Positions 19,908 to 31,182 are shown, counted from the first letter of the stretch. The stretch is DNA of 51,550 bases from Trichomonas gallinae (GCA_008369845.1 MRSU01010481.1:1-51550), one strand, 5' to 3'. Notes: a model not told the origin generated them from the sequence alone. Program-made: numbers and translations.

Positions 19908-21095
19908 ATGAGCTCAGTCCCAGCTAATCAGGGCGATGCCCAAAATATTGCAAACGCAGCAGCCCCAGCAGACAACGCGGGTGCTGGTGCTACACAATCC
20001 CAAAACCCAGCAGCTACAGCAGCATCTACATCCGCCGAGCCACCAGCTTCTAAGCAGCAGACAGAGGTCGAAATGCCAGCCATCCAGGATGCCATGGGAA
20101 CACAGGAGGCCGAGGAGGGCTGCACTCTTTCTCAGGAAGATCGTAAGCGCGTACAAGGCATTATCGATACAATTCTTGCTATTCGTCCAGAATTACCAGG
20201 AACACCATCTAAAATTACCCACGAAGATATTGTTTTCCTTTGCCAGAACGTTACAACTGTTTATATGAGCCAGCCAGTCCTTCTCGAGCTCAAGGCACCA
20301 TTAGTTATTTTCGGTGATATTCATGGTCAGTTCCACGATCTTATCCGCTTCTTCGAGAAAACAGGATACCCGCCAAACGGCAAATTCCTCTTCCTCGGAG
20401 ACTACGTCGATCGTGGCTGCCAGAGCATTGAAACAGTCAGCCTCCTCTTCTGCTACAAGCTCTTGTACCCGAACCGCGTCTTCATGCTTCGTGGTAACCA
20501 TGAATGCTCATACATCAACCGTCTCTACGGTTTCTACGATGAGTGCCTTCGTCGTTTTGACAACGACATATGGCGCGAGTACGGCCGCGTCTTCAACTGC
20601 CTCCCAATTGCAGCTACAATTGATGAGAAAATTTTCTGCATCCACGGCGGTATCTCACCAGATCTCCATTCCCTCGACCAGATCAAGAATATCAAGCGCC
20701 CAACAGAAGTTCCAGAAGAAGGCCTTCTCTGCGACCTCCTTTGGGCCGATCCAAACGCCGACTTCGATGACTGGGGTGAGAACGAGCGTGGTACATCATG
20801 GTGCTTCGGTGCTGCAAAGGTAGACGAATTCTTAATTAAATTCGGTTTCGATTTAATATGCAGAGCTCACCAAGCTGTCATGGATGGCTTTGAGTTCCCA
20901 TATCCAAACAACCAGTGCCTTGTCACTGTCTTCTCTGCTCCAAACTACTGCTATGAGTACGACAACCGTGGATCTGTTCTCAACGTAGATGAGAACCTCT
21001 ACTGCTCTTTCACAACAATCGAACCATACAAGTGGCAGTTTGCTGAGCTGCCAGAAGAGAGACCAGGCACACCACCTCGTGGCACTTCATGTTAA
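19908..21095 (+). CDS. PP1-type Ser/Thr protein phosphatase catalytic subunit with Ala-rich N-terminal extension
   Basis: GDIHGQ, GDYVDRG, LRGNHE, HGG, RAHQ and SAPNYC motifs, with a PP1-like RPGTPPR tail. Strong C-ending codon bias. Confidence 0.95.
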   Translation: MSSVPANQGDAQNIANAAAPADNAGAGATQSQNPAATAASTSAEPPASKQQTEVEMPAIQDAMGTQEAEEGCTLSQEDRKRVQGIIDTILAIRPELPGTPSKITHEDIVFLCQNVTTVYMSQPVLLELKAPLVIFGDIHGQFHDLIRFFEKTGYPPNGKFLFLGDYVDRGCQSIETVSLLFCYKLLYPNRVFMLRGNHECSYINRLYGFYDECLRRFDNDIWREYGRVFNCLPIAATIDEKIFCIHGGISPDLHSLDQIKNIKRPTEVPEEGLLCDLLWADPNADFDDWGENERGTSWCFGAAKVDEFLIKFGFDLICRAHQAVMDGFEFPYPNNQCLVTVFSAPNYCYEYDNRGSVLNVDENLYCSFTTIEPYKWQFAELPEERPGTPPRGTSC

Positions 21096-21418
21096 CTTTT
21101 TATTATTGACACAATTTTTCTAACTCTAAATAAAAATTTATCATTAACTCTTCCTTATTTCACCGCTGCTTAAATAATCTGCATCGATTCGAAGATATAT
21201 TTCTTCGAATTACAAATTAATCAATCATCATCTCTAACCATTATTTTTCGTCTAATAATATCCCACAAAACCATCCTATAATGTTTAATTTCGATTCAAG
21301 CCAATTTTATATTCCAGAAAAAATTAATATGGTTCAAAAACATATTATATTCACGAAACTATTGATATCAACATATAACGAGAATGAAGCAATGATTAAG
21401 AGAAATATAAAAAACAAT

Positions 21419-22519
21419 TTATTCGAATTTTAGAGTAGTAGTCGAATTCAAGAAGAATCCGCCTATGATCATGCCAACAATGATGGCAACGCACAAAGCA
21501 TACATAGTATATCTAAATAAACGAGATCTTCCAGGGAATAAGATAAAATCATGGAAAACTGAGCTCATTTTTTTATTGACAATGACACCATTCTTGCCAA
21601 ACTCACCTTGAGCTATGTCCATTACATTATTTGGAGATATATTTGTGTAAACCGCGAATTTATCCTTTTTCTTTGCGCCAACGACAAGAGCAGGTACATC
21701 TGTCTTCTTTAAGCCTTTGAACGAAAGCTCGTTGTATTTAGACCGCGTTAAAAGCTGGAAATAAAAATTCTTTGAGTGTTTCTCTGCAACAGACTTGAAA
21801 TCACTATTGTCATCTATCTTCTCTGTGATAATTATCACAATTGTTCTGTTCCTCTTCAAGATTTCTGACCAGCGAACAGATGTAAAGAATGGAGTTCTGT
21901 ATTCTTGCGAGAAAGCTATCATATTCTGTGTTGTTAAATTCTTGTCCATAGTCACATATGAGTTATGGTTCATATATGCATCGAATTGCTCTGATTTTGC
22001 GTTGTGAATACAAAATATTTGATTTGCGAGTGATGCATCTTCTTTAATAAGGTAGTCAAGCTGTGTACAACACTCTGCTTTGCTCTTTGGCGTGCTCAGC
22101 ACAAGTGCAGGGTATTTCTGTTTATCACTTAAAGGAAATCTTTCGCACAATTCATTCATATTTAGATTTTTGAGATCATCGGCGCGTTTAGTAAACCCAT
22201 CATAGTTAAAATCAGGATGTATTGTCTTCGGAATTCCTTTAAGAAGTCTGATAAAGTTAGGAAATGCCTTAGATCTGTATTTACTTTCGCAAATGTAGTA
22301 GAATGAGTTGCAGTCTATCTCAGCGATCATGATTTTTGGATCATCTTTATATAGTTTCGATAGATTATCCCAAGCAGGGTGAAGTGAGTTGCAAATACTG
22401 CAGTATGGCGAATAACAGAATATGAAAACTGGAATACTCCACGAAATGTTCGATATGTGATCAGCTAATTTGTCGCCGCTGATTCGCATAGATAGAAAAG
22501 GAAGAAAATTCAACAGCAT
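21419..22519 (-). CDS. Thioredoxin/PDI-like type I membrane protein
   Basis: Signal-like N-terminus, YSPYCSICNSLHPAW (CxxC), IAEIDC, AFP cis-Pro loop and a C-terminal TM helix. Confidence 0.85.
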   Translation of the reverse strand: MLLNFLPFLSMRISGDKLADHISNISWSIPVFIFCYSPYCSICNSLHPAWDNLSKLYKDDPKIMIAEIDCNSFYYICESKYRSKAFPNFIRLLKGIPKTIHPDFNYDGFTKRADDLKNLNMNELCERFPLSDKQKYPALVLSTPKSKAECCTQLDYLIKEDASLANQIFCIHNAKSEQFDAYMNHNSYVTMDKNLTTQNMIAFSQEYRTPFFTSVRWSEILKRNRTIVIIITEKIDDNSDFKSVAEKHSKNFYFQLLTRSKYNELSFKGLKKTDVPALVVGAKKKDKFAVYTNISPNNVMDIAQGEFGKNGVIVNKKMSSVFHDFILFPGRSRLFRYTMYALCVAIIVGMIIGGFFLNSTTTLKFE

Positions 22520-22850
22520 CTGCTAAGCAGGGGCTGTAGAATTATTGCAGGGGTACTCAAAGGAAAACTTGCATAAATGGCATCATCAATATCTACAACC
22601 ACAGTATATTAATATTTATAAATCAAAATAGTTTTATTTAGCTTCTAAATCGAGTTTTTTCATCTTGAAATATTTATCTGACATGTAAAAAATTTTTTGT
22701 CATGTAAATGAAATTAGGAATCATCAAAAAACATATAAAATAGTTTAGATAGTTTAATGAGATATTAAAAAACTGAATTGGTATGAATATATTGCATAAT
22801 ATCAAAGAAAAATATTTTGAAAATTTTGTAGATACATTTTTTAGTGTCGT

Positions 22851-23627
22851 TTAAGCCTCCAAATCAAGTGTTGGAGTGCTGATATCGATTGTTGGAATAA
22901 CAGTGTGAATGAATTTCAAGAAAATGAAGTAGTACATTGGAGCGCAGAACTTTTCTGGATGCTCCAATCTGTTAATGAAGCCAACCATAACATGTCCGTG
23001 CAAGCAAGGGTGGATTGATAAGTTCTTTGTAGATGTGAATGGATGATCTTCGTATGTGACTGTTTTATCGGCATGATCAGCGCTAATATCCTGGTACATT
23101 TGCTGGAGGTTCAATGGAACGCCATCAGAATCAACGCCATACATAAAGATATGAGCAACATTGTAGTATTTATCGTAGCAGATCGTGATATCGTATGTTC
23201 TGTAGTCGGCCTTTGGAACTGAAGTGTCTTCTGGCTCAACATCGTCAATATCAATTTCGTCAAGATCAAGAACTTCGTCATCAGCTTCAAGGTCTTGAGC
23301 TTGTTGAGCAGCTTTCTCGCCAGCTTGACACCACCCATCGCCAATATCAATTTCTTCCTGCATGAAATTTGATAAATCGGAGGCGCGTGTTTGGCAAACA
23401 ACGCGACGATTGATGAGATATTGCTTATCCTTTGGCAAGTAGTCGACTGCTTTGCCTTCTGGAGCGGAAGACCAGCTCCACGCTGGGCAATTAGCGATAA
23501 GGCCGTCTCCAGCAGCAACAAACTCTTCTGGAGTGAGCTTTCCGTCTGTTGTGAGTGTGGATTTGTGTGGAACTGACTTGAAATTATTGATGACACTCAT
23601 CCATTTTTGGTGAAACTGATTCTTCAT
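22851..23627 (-). CDS. ATG3: Autophagy E2-like conjugating enzyme Atg3
   Basis: GKLTPEEFVAAGD..CPAWSW, YLPKDKQYLI, RTYDITICYDKYY, DISADHADKTVT, catalytic SIHPCLH, FLKFI..VIPTI. Confidence 0.95.
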   Translation of the reverse strand: MKNQFHQKWMSVINNFKSVPHKSTLTTDGKLTPEEFVAAGDGLIANCPAWSWSSAPEGKAVDYLPKDKQYLINRRVVCQTRASDLSNFMQEEIDIGDGWCQAGEKAAQQAQDLEADDEVLDLDEIDIDDVEPEDTSVPKADYRTYDITICYDKYYNVAHIFMYGVDSDGVPLNLQQMYQDISADHADKTVTYEDHPFTSTKNLSIHPCLHGHVMVGFINRLEHPEKFCAPMYYFIFLKFIHTVIPTIDISTPTLDLEA

Positions 23628-25160
23628 TATTGTAAAAAAAAATGACGCTCAAAAATTGACGGATCCGGATCAAGATCTGCTTTAAAATTTTCGGATATTC
23701 GCATTCTACAGCATATAGAGCTTATATCTAAAATTTTTCAGATCTAAAAATTTTAATCAATTAACCAAAAAAGATCAAATTTTCGCATATTTTTAAAAAT
23801 TTTGAAATTTTGAAGCATTTAAAAGCTCTTCTAAATAACCGATAAACTATGATATTAGATCATATTCATTTTTATCAGTATAATATTAATCAGATGTGAC
23901 TTTTCTAATTAAAATATATCATCTCAATAATAGTTTGCGTACAGACTATTTTTGTTAAGTGAAATTAATTGTGTGGGATATATACATATTGTGTGCATAA
24001 TAGATCAGACAAAATAACTAAGATATCAGCAACATATAGTGTAAAACATGTACAAATATTGATGTTTAAACGCATAACCATAAGATAAATTGATTTTTAG
24101 AGAAAGAATAGATTTTCAAGGTCAATAGAAATTTCAAATTACCAATTAAGCTATAAATCATCATAGATTACAAATATGTGAGAGCATGTGCATTATCAGC
24201 ATGACGAAATAGGAACGTGATGAGTCTATCAATTAAGTCCACTTTTCAAAAACTTTTCTCAAGCAAATAAGTCAGGAATTCTTATTTTATAGATTCTTGC
24301 ATCAACTGTGCAATTGAATGGTGTGAGTGCAACTATAAAAGTGACTTCCCATCTCTTTCTAAGTGGCGGATTTGCCATGCCAAAATATAATGATGCTGGG
24401 AATAGACGTGTTATAACTAGGGAGATGAGATAACAGTAATTCTATCCTCAATTGGATATTTTCAATAGTTCAATCGATAATTTTCTCAAATGCTGTTGCC
24501 ATTTGATAATGTTCATAGATTGAAATCTCTACTGTATACCGCGGGATCATACTGCCGAAAATATGATTTGATTTTCAGTAATCAAAACGGTTATGTTAAT
24601 AAGTTGAATGCTTTATTCAAATTTTTATTAAAGAATATTGATCTAGATAGTAAAATAACAATATTCAAATAAATATCATAAAATCTTTTTTACAATTATT
24701 GTTCCATTTGATTTATAATCAATATAGGGTGAATGTTTATGAATTATTTTGGGAAGTTTTTTTCTTAGCTTAATCAAAAGAAATATTTTTGAATTGATAT
24801 CAAAATTAACTTTTAAAATTTTGAAGATCTCAATGCATAGATTATTTTCCAATAAATGTTTAGAATGATTTTCTTTGCCATTCAAAATATGCATTTTGGT
24901 ATTCTACGTAAAATATGATATTGGAGATATGCAGAACATAGATATTAACAGTATAATTTGAATAATGTCCACAAATATTTTTGAGATTATTCTTCACAAA
25001 AATCGTAAAAATCAAAACGAAACAATGCAATATATAGATGTTATAGAGTGAAATATATATAAGTTTCAAGATCAAAAAAGTTGGTTGTCAATAATTGAAT
25101 TTAAATTTTCTGATACCAATTCAATTTTTCTATGTATTATTCATCAATTTTTTTTTTCTC

Positions 25161-25577
25161 ATGTCCATGCATTCATTCGTTAAAGATCTCCTCAGCACAA
25201 GGAAGATGAGGAAGTTTAGATCAGTCTCATACCAGAATTCGCGTGACCACATGGAGATTGTCTCTAGAATGCAAAACAATGGAGTCAAAATAGATTTAGT
25301 AACAGAAATTCTCGAAATAGCATATGGAGGACATTTTACTGTGGAAGCACTCCTTAATTTCGCTAGAAATCTCGCAAAAGTTAATCAAATCAAAATTGAC
25401 AGATTAGCTTATCGAAATAGAAGCGCTTTACTGTGCTGGTATTCTGAGAACTGGAATCTCATCACTCCACATCTTCATGATTTTAAAAATTATAATGTGC
25501 CAAAACCAAAGGATTTGATAATTGAAATAGATCATGTTGATCCATCGGACATTCACCAGTTACTTAATTATCATTAA
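25161..25577 (+). CDS. Small basic hypothetical protein with IDRLAxRxxxALLCWxxENW motif
   Basis: First ATG at 25161 (the ORF-track start at 25095 is TTG), giving 138 aa. The motif resembles, from memory, a trichomonad-expanded uncharacterised family. Confidence 0.7.
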   Translation: MSMHSFVKDLLSTRKMRKFRSVSYQNSRDHMEIVSRMQNNGVKIDLVTEILEIAYGGHFTVEALLNFARNLAKVNQIKIDRLAYRNRSALLCWYSENWNLITPHLHDFKNYNVPKPKDLIIEIDHVDPSDIHQLLNYH

Positions 25578-26132
25578 TTTTCTATCCAATTTGTTCGTAT
25601 TTTTCATGTAAAATTTAACATGCATATCTTAGCTAGTTATATTTCTCTTGACATGTATTTTATATCATCTTGTTTTATAGCATTTTTGAAAACAAAAATT
25701 ATTTTTTTGAGAAATATTTTTTATTTATAGAGTTGATCTTAATAGTTACTTGATTTTCCCTAAATCCATCAAAGAGTTCCCTTCTTAGAATTCAAAATAT
25801 TCAAATTTGATTAAATCATATAGACGAATAATCGATTATCAGCTATTATAAATTAATAGAATCAATGACTACCTCATATATATATCATATTCATAAATAC
25901 ATACTTTGCCATATTATCAATTAATCTCTTTATCATTTCGAAAAAATCTCATCATAGCAAATTTTAACTTATCATGTATTAAGACATTTGACATCTCGAG
26001 ATATAAGACAAATAGGAATTTATAAAATCCAATTTCCAAAATGATTTTGAGTGAAAATCTCGAAAGTTAACTGCATTCACTCATAACCATCACATAAACA
26101 AATGATGAAAACTAATCAAAAGTACAATAGTT

Positions 26133-27635
26133 TTATTCCTCATCGAAATCTTTCTTCAAAGAATTCAATTTCTCGTGAGCTGTGTAAGTCGCGTGAATTT
26201 CCTTGCCAAATTCGGCAAGAATGGCAGCACGAACTTCTGGACCGTCTTTAGAGCTGTCTGATGGAAGTTGGAAAATTTGAATTTCTTGCAAATCATTTAC
26301 AGCAGCCTCAAAGTTCTCAGCGAGGCACTGGCCGATCAGTGATGGCTCAGCGGCAATGAATAACGAAATAACTGAAGTCAAAGAAAGTAATTCTCTCAGT
26401 GGCATAGTTTTCGCATTTTTGACTAAAGCAGCTACATGAGGGAATAAGTTTGTGTTATTACCCTTTGCACCGCCAACAATATTGATTCTGTTCATTGCAT
26501 CAAATTCGTAATTTGAAATTGCTGATGATCCATCGAGTTCCATGAGCCATGTTGGTGGCATGACAGAGAGGACATCAATGCGCTCATCTTTCGTCGGTGG
26601 GATAACATAAGGAATCGTTTCCTGGTTCATTAACATTGATTTGATTAAAACTAAAGCAGACTTAATGGAATCATCATTATTTGAGTCGATTGCTGTGATT
26701 ATTAAGTCTAATATTTCTTTCTTTTGGACTTCGGCGATGATTACAGAAGCAACTGTCTGATTTACGAAATAATTTAACAAAAGTGCAAGAGATCCAAGTC
26801 TTCTTGTTGTATCAAGTGTATGGACATGTGATATAATTGCTGCCATGTCAATTGTCTTCGTTCTGATTGTTAATTGATCAATCCAATTAATTAAAAGCGT
26901 AGAAGAGCCATTAAACTGAATTGTTGGTACACATTCACAGACATTCTTAAGATATGATGTGACTGATTCAGAGAGCGGCTTTAATATGTATTTTGGAAGA
27001 GATTCGTGGATTTTAATTTCTGGTTCATCTTTTGATGAGAATATGTATAAAATAGCTTCTCGTGAGAGATTTCCTAGTTCATCAGGATTGAATGCTGCTA
27101 CGCAGAAGAAGTCTAATAAAGGATAAGTCATTCCTTTTTCACCTGGTGCTGAAAGCATTTCCAAAATGAGTGGAGACTTCTTGCATTGAGACCACAGACT
27201 TGTAACGAATTCCTCCACCATTTTTGGTGCTCTTGTGTAGACATTTTCTAGTTTCGAAACAACTAATGAGAAAGGACGATGAACTGTGATTTGCGCGAAG
27301 TGGCTTGCGAGCTTTGTCGTTGCGAATGATAAGAAGAATAAGAGAATTGCTTCAACTTGTTGAGATGTTAATTTTGGACTCAAAAATTCTGCGATTTTTT
27401 GTATAAATAGCTGGCTCGTTACGTAGTCAAAGCACGGTATATCGGTTTGCCCGACTTCTTCAGTGAGGAAATCCTGGACAACGCTTAAACTCGAATGAAG
27501 TGTCAGCTCATTCTCATCATCAGAGCCATTTAATATGCCTAATGCATGATCACAAGCCTCTTTGAGGTCTTGGAGGGCATCGACAGCAATAATTGGGGCA
27601 ATATATTCACCTGCTTTCTTTAATAATCCCCACAT
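26133..27635 (-). CDS. FHIP/FAM160 (RAI16-like) family protein
   Basis: MWGLLKKAGEYIAP N-terminus, FLTEE..IPCFDYV, ITVHRPF and YPLLDFF..ELGNLSREAILYI match FHIP motifs. The alternative start is 27680. Confidence 0.7.
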   Translation of the reverse strand: MWGLLKKAGEYIAPIIAVDALQDLKEACDHALGILNGSDDENELTLHSSLSVVQDFLTEEVGQTDIPCFDYVTSQLFIQKIAEFLSPKLTSQQVEAILLFFLSFATTKLASHFAQITVHRPFSLVVSKLENVYTRAPKMVEEFVTSLWSQCKKSPLILEMLSAPGEKGMTYPLLDFFCVAAFNPDELGNLSREAILYIFSSKDEPEIKIHESLPKYILKPLSESVTSYLKNVCECVPTIQFNGSSTLLINWIDQLTIRTKTIDMAAIISHVHTLDTTRRLGSLALLLNYFVNQTVASVIIAEVQKKEILDLIITAIDSNNDDSIKSALVLIKSMLMNQETIPYVIPPTKDERIDVLSVMPPTWLMELDGSSAISNYEFDAMNRINIVGGAKGNNTNLFPHVAALVKNAKTMPLRELLSLTSVISLFIAAEPSLIGQCLAENFEAAVNDLQEIQIFQLPSDSSKDGPEVRAAILAEFGKEIHATYTAHEKLNSLKKDFDEE

Positions 27636-28222
27636 AAATAAATATTGAAATCTGACAAATAAACTTCGTATTTTTGACATATTAAATTTGTCAAATTTTT
27701 AAAATCACTATATCTCATTCAAAAACAATGAAAACTTTAATGGAAAAATTATATAAATATTTGTAATGATTTTATATCTAAGAGATCATAATCTAAATCC
27801 ATTTTGTTTTATGAGATTTTGCAATTTGAATTTTTCTTTTTTGTCATCTAAAGTATCCAAAATTTCAAAATAGTCCCCAAACCAATCAAACGCAGCAACA
27901 ATCACATTATAAGATCAAAATTTGTTATACTTCTTCAGTTGAGTCTATATATATAAAATACAACTTAATTTGATAGTTCATAATGCTCGAAATGAGATTT
28001 TTGACATGTAAAATAGAAAAATACATAAAACTCGATTGCCTGAATGTCATTATCATTTATTTTCATTGCCATATGTACCAACTTCGAATATAGTTGGTAT
28101 TATTTCTTTGAACATGAATTTTTAACTGATATTTGAAGAGATATTTTCTAATGAAATAATTAAAAAATCTGACATGTAATTTTTTTTGCCATGTAAAGGA
28201 CAGAAATATCATATTTTTTTGG

Positions 28223-28603
28223 ATGGATACACAGGAGTTAAAAGTCCAAACAATTGTTGATTATATGAAGTCACTTTTAGCAAAGGAAGGCGTGAAAGAT
28301 TACGAAGATGCCGTTCCTGATATGCTCGTAGAATTTTTTTACAGATTTGTTGAAGATACACTTCAATGTGCTCAAAATGCTCATCCAAATATGAATCCGA
28401 ATGTTCCACTACAAGTCAATAGTCAAATTATATACAATGCATTAAACACTGTCGAGCTTTCGTTCTGTAATCCACAACAAGCAACACAATTTGAGGTTAA
28501 AGGTCTTAATTCTAAGCAAATACCTGATCCAGTAGATGATATCTTTAAGTCAGAACAATTCAAAGAAGTTAACTTCCATCCACCATCTTATCCTAAGAAA
28601 TAA
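28223..28603 (+). CDS. TAF9: TAF9-like histone-fold protein (TFIID/SAGA subunit)
   Basis: MKSLLAKEGVKDYEDAVPDMLVEFFYRFVEDTLQCA matches TAF9 ILKxxGVxxYEPRVxxQLLEFxxRYxxxILxDA. SFCNP..NSKQIP matches SFxxP..NxxPLP. Confidence 0.7.
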   Translation: MDTQELKVQTIVDYMKSLLAKEGVKDYEDAVPDMLVEFFYRFVEDTLQCAQNAHPNMNPNVPLQVNSQIIYNALNTVELSFCNPQQATQFEVKGLNSKQIPDPVDDIFKSEQFKEVNFHPPSYPKK

Positions 28604-28700
28604 TTTTGATTTTTTATTTCTTATGCATTATTATAATATTGTTTGCTTGTATTGTAAAGAAATACCAATAAAAATCATAATATAGATGTATATTTATTGT

Positions 28701-29783
28701 CTAATTAAACAAAACTTGAACAATCTTTGAAAATACTTCGACATCTTGTTTTCTTGTTGCTATGCCGAAGCTTGCAACGAGGTGGTTATCCCTAACACCG
28801 AAGAAAATGCCATTCTCAGCAAACTTCGATTGCAATTCTTCTGGTGTCCAACCGTCTCTGCTAAGAAGCACCGTGTAATCATTTTCTACTACTATCTCGA
28901 AATAGCTATTTGCCACGTTCTTGAACTCTTCAATGATCTCTAGAACGTATTGATTGAAATTTCCAGTCTTTTGAAGTTTTCTAAGAAGTTCGAGACCAAC
29001 ATTCGCACTAAATATAGGAAGCATTGATGGTGTACCATTTTCAAAGCGCTTTGAATGCGATTTGAAATTCTGATGATAAAATTCACGAATGCATGAAAAA
29101 GAAACTGCTCCACCACCATAGAATAGTGGAACAAGCATATCGGCAGACTCCAAACGCATCAAACACGCTGTTAAATCGGCGCCACAAACTTGTTTGAAAG
29201 AAAACAAGGTAAAATCAAATGGTATCTGAGAAAGATCAGGGAGATCAAACGTTCCACGCTTTGTAGCATCGCATAAGAAATATCTTGTTCCAGATGATGA
29301 TTTTCTAAGCGAGATCATTTGCTCTGTTATCTCTTTATCATATTCAAAGCAGTATAGAGACTTTTGGTTGGATTTTTCGGCAGAATTGAAGATTGGTGAA
29401 TTATATATTGTCGGGAATTTAAGTGCAGATGACGTATTTACATGGAAATTCGGCAATATGCACAAGCTAAAACCATTCTTCCATGGAAATCCTTCGAAAA
29501 TTGAGTCAATTGCTTCTTCACGAGATTCGAATAAGACAACGGCGAAAGAAACTTGGCTGGAATGGAAAATATCTGCAATAGATTCTCTTATTGATGTCAA
29601 TGAGCGATCAAATGCACTCTGTTCTTCAGAGCTGTGAGGTGAAGGCTGTATTTTCATTGCTACTGCTTTAATCTTTTGAATTTGCGACGTAGACACAGGA
29701 GCAGCCCTGTCGTAGTCGAAATATCCCTTACCTTCAAGATAAGGATATTCACTAGCAATAATAGAATCAATTTGTTCGTACAT
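28701..29783 (-). CDS. Class-V PLP-fold (Moco-sulfurase/NifS-like) protein, catalytically degenerate
   Basis: EYPYLEGKGYFDY, LCDAT, DFTLFSFKQVCG, FYGGGAV, RFENGT and ASFG motifs. Confidence 0.8.
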   Translation of the reverse strand: MYEQIDSIIASEYPYLEGKGYFDYDRAAPVSTSQIQKIKAVAMKIQPSPHSSEEQSAFDRSLTSIRESIADIFHSSQVSFAVVLFESREEAIDSIFEGFPWKNGFSLCILPNFHVNTSSALKFPTIYNSPIFNSAEKSNQKSLYCFEYDKEITEQMISLRKSSSGTRYFLCDATKRGTFDLPDLSQIPFDFTLFSFKQVCGADLTACLMRLESADMLVPLFYGGGAVSFSCIREFYHQNFKSHSKRFENGTPSMLPIFSANVGLELLRKLQKTGNFNQYVLEIIEEFKNVANSYFEIVVENDYTVLLSRDGWTPEELQSKFAENGIFFGVRDNHLVASFGIATRKQDVEVFSKIVQVLFN

Positions 29784-29882
29784 CGATTTTTTGACAAAAA
29801 ATTTTGCACTTTTCAGCAGAATTTTATAGTTTTGTCATGTAAAATATTTTATATGTCAAATCTTTATTATAAACAAAACAGC

Positions 29883-30902
29883 TTATCTTATGTTGATATA
29901 TCTATACATCCTGTAGAGCTCGTTCGGATTCAAATCAGAGTTTTTCGGTAATTCTGGTTTGGATGGTTTTCTTGTAAAAACGCATTTAACATTGTACAAG
30001 TTTGTATGTGTGCCCATAACTTTTGGTTCTGGAATATCAAATATACACTCTTCGTATGTTAATAGACCAGGGCCATAAGCATTATTAAAAACTGTTAAAT
30101 TTCCTGATGTTTTCCTGAAATAGCACTTTCTAATTATTGAGTAACCTCCGCTGACATAGAATATGCCATCAGAAGTGACAGTGTTCTTAATGAAATTGCA
30201 ATAAGAAATATCATCGTCTGGGCGTATGTGAACTAGTGCTACTATATGATTGGGACTCTCATTATGCCCAAAATGAGATAATTTGAGTGCGAAAGAAACT
30301 GATTCTGATGTTGCTAAGCCAGCAGCGTATTGCGTCGCAGTGTTGCGTGATGAATTCAATTGGTTTATATTTTGAACACCGCCAACCATTATAATGGCTT
30401 CTGTTCCTCTGAATTGCTGTGAAATCGGGCAACACCAAACTGTAGATGCGTTTATGCTTACGGAATTGCATGTAGTTGAGAATGCCTGGCCACTCCATGC
30501 CTGATCAGGCACATAACACTCATGAAACGCAGAATCATATAATTGAAATCTTGCGCTGGTGCAGTAAAGGCCACCACCATTCTTTGTAGCCGAGCAACCA
30601 ATGATGAGAGTATGCTTAACAACGACGAATGATTGAGGATGCTTAACTAATATTGCTCCTCCTTGCTCCATGTTTTTTATATCCATAAATATGCTGTCTT
30701 TGATATCTATTTTCTCTATGTTAGACTGTGAAGCGCTATTTAGTTTGACTTGGGCACTTAATCGATTTTCGAAGTGATTTTCTCTATAATTTCGCGTGAA
30801 TTGATCTGCAAATTGTTCCTTTTCTTGTATAGTTTTCTTTAATTGTGATTTTGGGTGAAAATAATTACAGCAAATAAGTTCTATAAAACATGCAAAAAAC
30901 AT
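29883..30902 (-). CDS. Secreted right-handed beta-helix (Pmp-like GGAI/FxxN) protein
   Basis: Signal-like N-terminus, GGAILV, GGGLY, CNFIKN, CYF and CIF repeats. Confidence 0.7.
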   Translation of the reverse strand: MFFACFIELICCNYFHPKSQLKKTIQEKEQFADQFTRNYRENHFENRLSAQVKLNSASQSNIEKIDIKDSIFMDIKNMEQGGAILVKHPQSFVVVKHTLIIGCSATKNGGGLYCTSARFQLYDSAFHECYVPDQAWSGQAFSTTCNSVSINASTVWCCPISQQFRGTEAIIMVGGVQNINQLNSSRNTATQYAAGLATSESVSFALKLSHFGHNESPNHIVALVHIRPDDDISYCNFIKNTVTSDGIFYVSGGYSIIRKCYFRKTSGNLTVFNNAYGPGLLTYEECIFDIPEPKVMGTHTNLYNVKCVFTRKPSKPELPKNSDLNPNELYRMYRYINIR

Positions 30903-30910
30903 TTAGGAAA

Positions 30911-30982
30911 TCTGACAAATAAAATATTTACATCACAAAAACAAATATCTGGCAAATAAAATATTTACATGTCAAAAACACG
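30911..30982. repeat. 37-nt direct repeat (TCTGRCAAATAAAATATTTACATSWCAAAAACA) directly upstream of the ATG at 30902
   Basis: Copies start at 30911 and 30948. Confidence 0.8.
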
Positions 30983-31182
30983 AAATTTTTCCATTTACTC
31001 GATGAGACTAATCTAATTTTTTTTGACTAATAGAAATGCTAAAATAAGTCTGTTGCTATGACATTTTAAATATCATCCTCATTGTGCATACTATGACATA
31101 GTTATACTTCATATAAGCTCAAAATTCATGGAGTTTTATGAAGCTAAATATCAAGGCGAGCTTTTTTATTATTTTTTTATAA

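Noticed and set aside
19914..20823. Alternate-frame ORFs within the phosphatase gene
   Set aside because: Explained by the codon bias of the real gene; no recognisable motifs.
23900..25075. Short ORFs and coding-like patches in the long intergenic region
   Set aside because: No recognisable domain, terminal repeat or RNA gene. It may be decayed sequence but I cannot support a call.
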